IMG/VR virus record: IMGVR_UViG_3300013132_000053
Span: 1 to 62,410 of that record
Reading direction: 5' to 3' (one strand)
DNA length: 62,410 bases
Source: a virus
Taxonomy: Duplodnaviria; Caudoviricetes
Shown: one piece after another, positions 55,007-62,410 of the stretch
How the letters are laid out: each line of letters starts with the position of its first letter
Position numbering within the stretch: the stretch's first letter is position 1
Notes under the pieces: model-generated
Told to the model about the DNA's origin: nothing
Database searches by the model: none
Seen by the model: only the letters and a program-made list of their open reading frames with translations
Made by a program: the position numbers and the translations under genes

Positions 55007-55582
55007 AATAATGTGAAAAAGCCAAAAAAAAAGAAATCAAAAACATCGGACGCAGATTATGTAGATAATCAAGCACTGTACGATGCTTTGGTGGAATACA
55101 GAAAAAAGTGCAAGGATGCAGAAAACTCAGGCAAAAAAAAGCCAAAACTTACTGATTACTTGGGCGAATGCATTTTAAAGATAGCAACAAGATTATCTTA
55201 TAGACCAAATTTTGCAAACTACCCATATAGAGAAGAAATGGTTTCAGATGCAGTATTAAATTGCATAACCTATATCGACAACTTTGACCCAAAGAAGTCC
55301 ACCAGCCCGTTTGGTTACCTAACCCAAATATGCTGGTTTTCTTTTGTTCGTATAATAAACAAGGAAAAGAAAGAAAAGTACACGCAATTTAAATTTGCAG
55401 AGCAGCAGAACAACAAGGACTTTCACAATTGGTTCAATGAAACCTATGCCGGTGTTGACATCGGAAGAAAGGATTTCTTTGGTCTCACTGATTCCGACAT
55501 GGAACGCTTTGACGAAATGTGCAGTCCCAAGAAAAAGAAAAGAAAGAAGAGAAAGACAAAGAAAAACATTTTTGACATATGA
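54998..55582 (+). CDS. 55: Late sigma factor gp55 (alternative start GTG 55013)
   Basis: YVDN...YLGECILKIA..LSYRPNFANY.YREEMVSDA...NFDP.KS.SPFGYLTQI. Confidence 0.95.
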   Translation: MYNNNVKKPKKKKSKTSDADYVDNQALYDALVEYRKKCKDAENSGKKKPKLTDYLGECILKIATRLSYRPNFANYPYREEMVSDAVLNCITYIDNFDPKKSTSPFGYLTQICWFSFVRIINKEKKEKYTQFKFAEQQNNKDFHNWFNETYAGVDIGRKDFFGLTDSDMERFDEMCSPKKKKRKKRKTKKNIFDI

Positions 55583-56625
55583 AAGCAATAATCCTAAACG
55601 ACAGCCATTTTGGTTACAAAGCTGATTCCCCAATAGTCCTTGATTATTTTCTGTCTTTTTTTGAAGAACAGCTTTTTCCTTACATGCAAGAAAATAAGAT
55701 AAAAACATTATTTCATCTTGGCGATCTTTTTGACAGAAGAAAATACATAAACTTTAAAACACTTAATCAAGTTAGAAAAAGATTTCTTGACCCGCTTTAT
55801 GAAATGGGAATCCGTTGCCACATAATATGTGGAAACCATGATACTTATTACAGAAATACAAATAACGTAAATTCATTGTCTGAACTTGTTGAACATTATT
55901 TTAATTGGAATATTCATTCTGAGCCAAGGGAACTAAAACTTGAACACGCCAACCTAGCACTTGTTCCTTGGATAAACAATGAAAATGAATCCGAAGTTGT
56001 AAAATTTTTGGAAGAAACAAAAGCACAGATATTGTTTGGACATCTTGAACTTTTTGGCTTTCAGAGTTTAAGGGGAGTATTTGTGGAGCAAGGACATGAT
56101 GCAAAACATTTTAATAAATTTGAATATGTTCTTACTGGCCATTATCATCTTAAGTCTAGCCGTGACAATATCCATTATCTTGGAACGCAATACCAAATGG
56201 CTTTTTCTGATGTTGATGAGACAAAAGGATTCCACGTATTTGACTTCAAGAATCGTTCTTTATCGTTTGTTGAAAATACAAAAAAGCTTTTCCACACGTT
56301 TGATTATAATGAAGATAAACCGCAAAAAATCGATTATAAAACGCTCAAAGATTGTTATGTCAAGATTCGTATTAAAAACCGTACTAAGAGCGCAGCTTTT
56401 GAAAAGTACATTGACAAATTCTATGAAGCAGGCGTGGCAGAATTGGCAATAGAAGAGGAAGTCATCACCAATCCAGAGCTGGTCGCAGTAGATATTCACA
56501 AAGATACTTTGCAGCTTCTTCACGAGGAAATAGAGACAATAAACGACAAATCAATAAATAAAGTAAATCTTGCAAAGATAATAAACGAAGCATACAATGC
56601 GGCATTGTCAAAGGATGAAGAGTGA
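55579..56625 (+). CDS. 47: Recombination endonuclease gp47 (Mre11-like)
   Basis: DSHFG, LGDLFDRRK, GNHD, GHLE, GHYH. Confidence 0.95.
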   Translation: MKAIILNDSHFGYKADSPIVLDYFLSFFEEQLFPYMQENKIKTLFHLGDLFDRRKYINFKTLNQVRKRFLDPLYEMGIRCHIICGNHDTYYRNTNNVNSLSELVEHYFNWNIHSEPRELKLEHANLALVPWINNENESEVVKFLEETKAQILFGHLELFGFQSLRGVFVEQGHDAKHFNKFEYVLTGHYHLKSSRDNIHYLGTQYQMAFSDVDETKGFHVFDFKNRSLSFVENTKKLFHTFDYNEDKPQKIDYKTLKDCYVKIRIKNRTKSAAFEKYIDKFYEAGVAELAIEEEVITNPELVAVDIHKDTLQLLHEEIETINDKSINKVNLAKIINEAYNAALSKDEE

Positions 56626-58343
56626 TTGAATTTTTAAAAGTTAGATTTAAAAATTTTGGATCGTTTGGAAACAATTTTACAGAAATTGATTTAAATAGCC
56701 GTAAAACAACTTTGGTGACGGGGACGAATGGAAACGGGAAATCCTTCGCTCTTCTTGACTCGATCTGTTTTGGACTATTTGGCAAGCCTTTCCGGCCAAT
56801 CAATATCCCCCAGCTTGTCAATAGCGTAAATGCAAAAGGATGTGTGGTTGAAATTGAATTTAATAAATCAAATTCTCATTACATGATTCGAAGGGGATTG
56901 GCTCCAAAACTTTTTGAAATTTATAAAGATGGCGAGTTATTGGATCAAAATTCCAAGTCAAAGGATTATCAAGGATATCTTGAGGAACATGTTCTTGGAT
57001 TTGATTTTTCTGCTTTTAAGCAAGTTGTCATTCTTGGCAAGTCGAACTTTATTCCCTTCATGCAATTGACCCCTGCAGAACGCCGTAAAATCATTGAGGG
57101 GCTGCTTGAGTTGGATATATTGGCTGACATGAATGTTTATGTCAAAGGTCAACTTGGATCGTTTAAAGTAAGTATTTTGGAGCAAGATTCACTTTTAAAG
57201 ATAGTCCACGAAAAGATAAAATCCCAGAAAGAATTTATAGAACAAATAAAAAATCACAATGAAGATGACATTAAAGCAATTAATGACAAGATAAAATCAT
57301 ATGAGGATGGTATGGCACTGGCATCTTCTGAAAAGATAAACATTTTAAAAAATTTCAATAAACTCAAGACTGAAATAAAGAAAAACAAAGATCATATACA
57401 TTCTCTCAGGGATGTTCCTGCAATGTTAGTCAAGACAGAGACTCTTGAGTCTACTCTGAAGGATGAAATACAGTCACTTCGTTCCACTGCCACATGCAAA
57501 TGCTGTGGGCAAGATCTTCCAAAGGATCAAAAGGAAAAACACATAAAGGAAAAAGAAGCCAAGTTACTGGAATGCAGAAAGGCTCTGGTAACAGCAAATA
57601 GCAAAAACGAAGAGCTAAAGGGTGCACAGGAACTTCTTGAAAAGCAAAAAAACGAAGAGAGCGTTCTTTATAGCAATATTTCAGGCTTGAGCTATAGAAT
57701 TGGAAATGCGGATTCAAACATAAAAGTTTTGGAAAAAGAAAAAAAAGAAAAAGAGACCAGCAGCAACATTGCATCCTTCCAAATCAGTCTTGAAGAATCT
57801 GAATCCAAAAAACTAGAAATATCTAACAAACTGCAAGATCTAATAAATGAACAAATTCACCACGATGTTGTCTACGATATCCTCAAGGATGGTGGCCTTA
57901 AGAGCCGAATTATCAAGCATTATGTTCCCATCATCAATGGACTCGTTAACAAGTTCCTCGGAAAACTTAATCTCTACGTTGACTTTACCATCGATGAGGA
58001 GTTCAAGGAAACAATCAAGTCAAGATATCGAGATGCATTTTCATATTCCAGTTTCTCTGAGGGAGAAAAACAGCGTATCGATCTGGCCATATTGCTGACT
58101 TGGCGCGAAATAGCCAAGATGAAGAATAGTCTTAATTGTAACCTTTTGATCTTTGATGAAATACTTGATTCTTCTTTGGATGCAACAGGAACAGAATCTT
58201 TCTTAAAATTACTTAACAAGATGAAAAATAAATGCTCAATATTTATTATAAGTCATAAAGCAGATTCGCTGACTGATAAATTTGATCAACATATGGCGTT
58301 TGAAAAGAAGAACAATTTTTCCAAGATAAAAGTTCAAGTATAA
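56622..58343 (+). CDS. 46: Recombination ATPase gp46 (Rad50-like)
   Basis: GTNGNGKS, CKCCGQ hook, FSEGEK, LIFDE, ISHK. Confidence 0.95.
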   Translation: MIEFLKVRFKNFGSFGNNFTEIDLNSRKTTLVTGTNGNGKSFALLDSICFGLFGKPFRPINIPQLVNSVNAKGCVVEIEFNKSNSHYMIRRGLAPKLFEIYKDGELLDQNSKSKDYQGYLEEHVLGFDFSAFKQVVILGKSNFIPFMQLTPAERRKIIEGLLELDILADMNVYVKGQLGSFKVSILEQDSLLKIVHEKIKSQKEFIEQIKNHNEDDIKAINDKIKSYEDGMALASSEKINILKNFNKLKTEIKKNKDHIHSLRDVPAMLVKTETLESTLKDEIQSLRSTATCKCCGQDLPKDQKEKHIKEKEAKLLECRKALVTANSKNEELKGAQELLEKQKNEESVLYSNISGLSYRIGNADSNIKVLEKEKKEKETSSNIASFQISLEESESKKLEISNKLQDLINEQIHHDVVYDILKDGGLKSRIIKHYVPIINGLVNKFLGKLNLYVDFTIDEEFKETIKSRYRDAFSYSSFSEGEKQRIDLAILLTWREIAKMKNSLNCNLLIFDEILDSSLDATGTESFLKLLNKMKNKCSIFIISHKADSLTDKFDQHMAFEKKNNFSKIKVQV

Positions 58344-58346
58344 ATA
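58339..58346 (+). promoter_or_regulatory. Late promoter TATAAATA
   Basis: 7 nt before ATG 58354. Confidence 0.7.
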
Positions 58347-58353
58347 TTTGTAA

Positions 58354-58638
58354 ATGTTCAGAGGAAATTACAAGCCTATTGACTCACTCGGGGCTCCATT
58401 GGTATATTCTAAAGGTGACGATGTACTCTATCAAGGAAAAATTTATTCTTGTATCAATACAACAACAATGAGTCCAACGCAATCACCGGAAAGCTGGAAC
58501 GTGACAGGAGTGTCAAATATTTTTACTAGTGACCAGCCACCAATAAAACCAATAGAAAACCAAACATGGGTATCCACCTCTGGCAGACAGTATGTATACT
58601 ACAAAGATACCGATGGATATCAGTGGATTGAATTTTGA
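58354..58638 (+). CDS. Small protein with a CBM5/12-like (carbohydrate-binding) motif
   Basis: YSKGDDVLYQGKIYSC...SP...W, followed by a fibre-like W...YVYY...QW segment. Confidence 0.55.
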   Translation: MFRGNYKPIDSLGAPLVYSKGDDVLYQGKIYSCINTTTMSPTQSPESWNVTGVSNIFTSDQPPIKPIENQTWVSTSGRQYVYYKDTDGYQWIEF

Positions 58639-58662
58639 TTTTACCAAAACTGAGGATATAAT
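58635..58662 (+). promoter_or_regulatory. sigma70-type promoter TTGATT-N16-TATAAT; ATG 6 nt after the -10
   Basis: Heads the gp45-gp44-gp62-regA block. Confidence 0.7.
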
Positions 58663-58668
58663 ACAGAC

Positions 58669-58821
58669 ATGAATGAAGACAGCTTTGAAAAGTTTACCAA
58701 TCGCCGCAAGAACAAGCCTTCGGGCCTCAGCAAAAAGCAACAGAAAAGAAGCAAAAGAGGCAATAGGCACGGTCAAAAGCAGCAACTGAATGATGCAATG
58801 TACAAAAAAGACTTTGAATAA
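58669..58821 (+). CDS. Small basic protein (50 aa, MNEDSFEKFTNRRKNKPSGLSKKQQKRSKRG...)
   Basis: Manually translated; fills the gap before gene 45. Confidence 0.6.
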   Translation: MNEDSFEKFTNRRKNKPSGLSKKQQKRSKRGNRHGQKQQLNDAMYKKDFE

Positions 58822-58838
58822 TCTACATAAGGATCTAC

Positions 58839-59510
58839 ATGACTACTGTGACAAAAATGAGACTTTCAAGAGAAACGCTATCAATTCTCAAAAACTTTGC
58901 TTCTATTAATTCAAACATATTGATCAATCCAGGAAATATTCTCCGAACAATGTCGAGCGGAGGAAACATACTGGCAGAAGCAAAGATAGAAGAAGAATTT
59001 GATACTGTTGTTCCTATTTGGGATCTAAACCAATTTTTGGGAGTAGTCAGCATGTTTGCCAATCCAGACTTGGAATTTGGTGAAAAACATGTTGACATAT
59101 CTAATGGAAAATCTTCAGTTAGATATTTTTATTCATCCCAATCTTTGCTTACATATCCAAAGAAGGAAATCTCCATGCCTCCAATCTTTGCATCATTCAA
59201 CCTAAATGAGGATGACATTGATGAAATGATCAAGGCAGCAAGCATTCTCCATGTATCCAATCTAAAGATTATCGGCAATAATGGTATGCTTAAAGTAATT
59301 GTTGATGATCCAAAGAATGATACATCAAACAGTTTTTCCATAACGATTGATGAAAACTATGATGGTCCAGATTACAGTGGATATCTCAATATTTCAGACA
59401 TAAAGTTTTGCCCAGGATCTTATAAAGTCGAATTGAGCAAAACTGTTATTTCTAAATTTACACACGATTCTGGAAATCTAGTATATTATATCGCCATCAA
59501 CAAGGCTTAA
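58839..59510 (+). CDS. 45: Sliding clamp gp45
   Basis: LSRETLSILKNFASINSNI...IWDLNQFL...YYIA. Confidence 0.92.
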   Translation: MTTVTKMRLSRETLSILKNFASINSNILINPGNILRTMSSGGNILAEAKIEEEFDTVVPIWDLNQFLGVVSMFANPDLEFGEKHVDISNGKSSVRYFYSSQSLLTYPKKEISMPPIFASFNLNEDDIDEMIKAASILHVSNLKIIGNNGMLKVIVDDPKNDTSNSFSITIDENYDGPDYSGYLNISDIKFCPGSYKVELSKTVISKFTHDSGNLVYYIAINKA

Positions 59511-59511
59511 A

Positions 59512-60453
59512 GTGTCAAATATTAATAATTTGATTTGGGTGGAAAAATACCGCCCAAAGACGATATCCGATTGCATTCTTCCAATTGACCTATCAACCAT
59601 CTTTAATGGAATGGTGAAGGAAGGTAAGATACCAAACATGATGTTTTACGGCAAGGCGGGAAGTGGAAAGACTTCTGTTGCAAAAGCCATTGCAGGTGAC
59701 ATCGGATTAGATTGCATGCTTGTAAATTGTTCCGAAGAAAACGGAATGGATACTCTAAGAGTAAAGATAAGGCAATACGCATCGACAACATCGCTTAGTG
59801 GAAAGGGAAAGGTAATCATTCTAGATGAGTTTGATTATGCCACAAAGAATGTGCAGAGCGGTCTACGCGGTGCAATAGAAGAATTTGCAGACAACTGCAG
59901 GTTTATCATTACATGCAACTACAAGAACAGGGTCATAGATCCTTTGCATTCAAGATGTACTGGAATTGATTTTAGCATTCCAAATCAGGAAAAACCACAG
60001 ATTGCAACTTCAATTCTTGCAAGAATTGAGCAAATTCTGACATTGGAAAAAGTACCATATGAAAAACAAGTTCTTGCAAATTTGGTTAAAAAGCATTTTC
60101 CTGATATCAGAAGAATTGTCAATGAACTTCAAAAGTATTCTTCTACTGGAAAAATTGATGTCGGAATACTGGTACAGAACAGCACAGAATCGTTTAAAGA
60201 ACTTTTGGGATTTATGAAAGCGAAAGATTTTGGAGGCTGCAGAAAATGGATTATTCAAAACATTGATCTAAATACTGCTGAATTCTTTAAAAAGCTTTAT
60301 AATGAACTATATGTTTCATTGAAGCAAAATTCCATCCCACAGGCAATATTGATCATTGCAGAATATCAATACAAAGCAGCATTTGCAGCAGACCAGGAAA
60401 TTAATACCATGGCAATGGTGGTACAACTTATGATGGACTGTGAGTTTGAATAA
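59512..60453 (+). CDS. 44: Clamp loader large subunit gp44
   Basis: WVEKYRP, GKAGSGKT, ILDEFD, PLHSRC, HFPDIRR. Confidence 0.95.
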   Translation: MSNINNLIWVEKYRPKTISDCILPIDLSTIFNGMVKEGKIPNMMFYGKAGSGKTSVAKAIAGDIGLDCMLVNCSEENGMDTLRVKIRQYASTTSLSGKGKVIILDEFDYATKNVQSGLRGAIEEFADNCRFIITCNYKNRVIDPLHSRCTGIDFSIPNQEKPQIATSILARIEQILTLEKVPYEKQVLANLVKKHFPDIRRIVNELQKYSSTGKIDVGILVQNSTESFKELLGFMKAKDFGGCRKWIIQNIDLNTAEFFKKLYNELYVSLKQNSIPQAILIIAEYQYKAAFAADQEINTMAMVVQLMMDCEFE

Positions 60454-60842
60454 TGGAATTATTTGATTTCATAAACAGTATAAATTACAATAAAAAACCT
60501 CTTTTGGATGGTGATGAAAAGGAAGAAAAACACTATTTGCCTTACATGGTGAATAGGAGCCTTTCTTTTTTTCCTGACACAATATTTCATTCAAATGAAA
60601 TGAACTGCAATTGGGAACTCGATAAAAAAATGCAGTTTGATTTTCATCGCCTTTCTATCAGAAAAAAGAAGAGATTCAGCAGCTGGATAAAGAAAAACGA
60701 AGAACATGACATAGAAGCCATTAAAAAAGCTTTTAATTATACAGATGCCAAGGCAAAAGAAGTGCTAAATATACTCGGACCCAGTGACATTGAGGAGATA
60801 AAACTCTTCCTTTATGAAGGTGGAAATAATAGTAAAGTTTGA
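60453..60842 (+). CDS. 62: Clamp loader small subunit gp62
   Basis: FINSINY.K...YLPYMVNRSLS...NEMN...KKKRFS.W. Confidence 0.9.
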   Translation: MELFDFINSINYNKKPLLDGDEKEEKHYLPYMVNRSLSFFPDTIFHSNEMNCNWELDKKMQFDFHRLSIRKKKRFSSWIKKNEEHDIEAIKKAFNYTDAKAKEVLNILGPSDIEEIKLFLYEGGNNSKV

Positions 60843-60848
60843 GGCAGT

Positions 60849-61274
60849 ATGTCAGTTACATCGGATAAAATTTTTAACAATATTGGCGTTCATATAAAAT
60901 TGATGGATCCTGAAGACTTTATGGTCGTAAGGGAAACCCTATCAAGAATAGGTGTATCACCAAAAAATAAAAAAACACTGTACCAATCTTGCCACTTGAT
61001 ACATAAAAACGATGTATATATCATAGCACATTTCAAGGAATTGTTTGCTTTAGATGGTCTACCTTCAAACGTATCGGAAGAAGATCTTAAAAGAAGAAAT
61101 ACAATAATAAATTTATTGGAAGAGTGGGAATTATTAGAAGTAGTGGATGAGAACAAAACAGAAAATGAAATGCCAATAAACGGCATAAAAATAATAAAAT
61201 TTACAGAAAAAGATGAATGGGAGTTAATTCCAAAATTTAATCCAGGAACGCTCCGCAAATTTTTTAATTCGTGA
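60849..61274 (+). CDS. regA: Translational repressor RegA
   Basis: EDFMVVRETLSRIG...LYQSCHLIHK...HFKELFALDG...RRNTI..LL.EW. Confidence 0.93.
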   Translation: MSVTSDKIFNNIGVHIKLMDPEDFMVVRETLSRIGVSPKNKKTLYQSCHLIHKNDVYIIAHFKELFALDGLPSNVSEEDLKRRNTIINLLEEWELLEVVDENKTENEMPINGIKIIKFTEKDEWELIPKFNPGTLRKFFNS

Positions 61275-61282
61275 GATAAACC

Positions 61283-62410
61283 ATGTACAATTTAACACTA
61301 AGCATGATCGTAAAAAACGAGGCACCAAACATTCAAAGATGCCTTGAATCAGTCGCAAAATACATTGATTATTATGTTATCTGTGATACTGGATCCACAG
61401 ACAACACAAAGGAAATTATAAAAAATTTCTTTGACTCAAAAGGAATTCCAGGAGAGATCCTTGATCATGAATGGAAGCATTTTGGTCATAATAGATCTTT
61501 GGCACTGAAGGCTTGCCATGGAAAAACAAAATGGGCGTTGATGATCGACGCAGATGATTTTATTTCAGGAAACTTTCCATATGACAAATTGAATGACAAT
61601 CATGATGGTTATGTGGTAAAAATTGTAAGAGGACCATTTGAATGGTATCGAGCACAGGTATTTAATCTTGCAAAAAAACTTTGGTGGTACGAAGAGCCAT
61701 TGCATGAATATGCTATTTGCGAACAACCCATGGATGTACATAAACTTGAAGGAGATTATTCGTGGGAAGTAAGAACGGAGGGTTGTCGTTCAAGGGAATC
61801 AAATGGAGATGACAGGGAAAAGTACAAAAAAGATTATTATTTTCTCAAGAAATATGTTGAAGAAAATCCCTCAAATGTAAGAAATCAATTTTATCTTGCT
61901 CAATCAGCTTTTGATGCACATATGTTTGACATTGCAGAAACTGAATATCTAAAGAGAATAGAAATGGGTGGGTGGGCTGAAGAAGTATTTTATTCTTGGA
62001 TGAGAGTGGGAATAAGCAGGGAAATGATCGGAAAACCACTCGTTGAAGTAATTGATGCCTTTACCATGGCATATGAGACTCTTCCAACAAGAGCTGAGCC
62101 ATTTTGGCAAATGTCCTGTATTTACAGAAAGCACAATAGACCTAGAAGCGCATTCATAATGGCATCACATGCTCTTTCAATACCAATTCCAACAGACAAT
62201 ATTTTGTTCGTTGACAAAGGAAATTATCTTTGGGGAATACTTGATGAGATTGCGGCAACTGCTGCATATGTAGGAAAATTCCACATGGGATTGGCAGCAT
62301 GTGATAAACTTCTTTCAGAGCCACATCTTCCTCCCGAACAAAGAGAAAGAGTCGTGGCCAATAGAAATCTTTATTTTGATACGGTTTCCAAGATGAATGC
62401 ACAACTCATA
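61283..62410 (+). CDS. GT2 glycosyltransferase with TPR-like C-terminal domain, 3'-truncated
   Basis: Manual translation MYNLTLSMIVKNEAPNIQRCLES...CDTGSTD...FGHNR...MIDADD...LHEY...FYLAQS...RAEP; runs off the window, so absent from the ORF track. Confidence 0.85.
   Translation, partial: MYNLTLSMIVKNEAPNIQRCLESVAKYIDYYVICDTGSTDNTKEIIKNFFDSKGIPGEILDHEWKHFGHNRSLALKACHGKTKWALMIDADDFISGNFPYDKLNDNHDGYVVKIVRGPFEWYRAQVFNLAKKLWWYEEPLHEYAICEQPMDVHKLEGDYSWEVRTEGCRSRESNGDDREKYKKDYYFLKKYVEENPSNVRNQFYLAQSAFDAHMFDIAETEYLKRIEMGGWAEEVFYSWMRVGISREMIGKPLVEVIDAFTMAYETLPTRAEPFWQMSCIYRKHNRPRSAFIMASHALSIPIPTDNILFVDKGNYLWGILDEIAATAAYVGKFHMGLAACDKLLSEPHLPPEQRERVVANRNLYFDTVSKMNAQLI

Noticed and set aside
1-62410. tRNA genes, CRISPR arrays, introns/inteins, homing endonucleases, DGR, integrase
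   Set aside because: None recognised by eye; intergenic gaps are very short and core genes (17, 20, 23, uvsW, 46) are uninterrupted. tRNAscan/Infernal were not run
1-62410. Stop-codon reassignment
   Set aside because: Core genes are full length in the standard code, and TAA, TGA and TAG all end genes at expected positions

Overview
A 62.4 kb AT-rich fragment of a T4-like (Tevenvirinae/Kyanoviridae-style gene order) myophage using the standard genetic code. It contains gp33/gp32, a compact baseplate cluster (gp51/gp26/gp54-like/gp4/gp48/gp53/hub/gp25/gp6/gp7-like), the neck-terminase-tail-head block (gp13-gp23, gp3), UvsW/UvsY and the gp55-gp47-gp46-gp45-gp44-gp62-regA block. The main accessory feature is a 13.5 kb, 15-gene glycan island between uvsY and gene 55. 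It encodes GT25/GT11/GT10/GT34/NodZ-like transferases, a methyltransferase, Gmd, and an RfbH + RmlB + YerE-like ThDP enzyme + PanB-like + SDR set that looks like a pathway to an unusual C4-branched 3,6-dideoxy sugar. A GT2-TPR transferase follows regA, and structural proteins are rich in G-x-T motifs, which suggests virion glycosylation. Other signals read from the DNA: a candidate -1 frameshift (U7) fusing gp26 to gp51, many late genes whose start codon lies 4-7 nt after TAAATA (probably leaderless), sigma70-type promoters with a 16-bp spacer, a lysozyme with a capsid-targeting-like N-terminus, a 1350-aa Cys-rich protein with a 33-Gly tract, and a reduced baseplate/tape-measure region. All family calls come from recalled motifs and gene order; no database search was run and the host cannot be determined.
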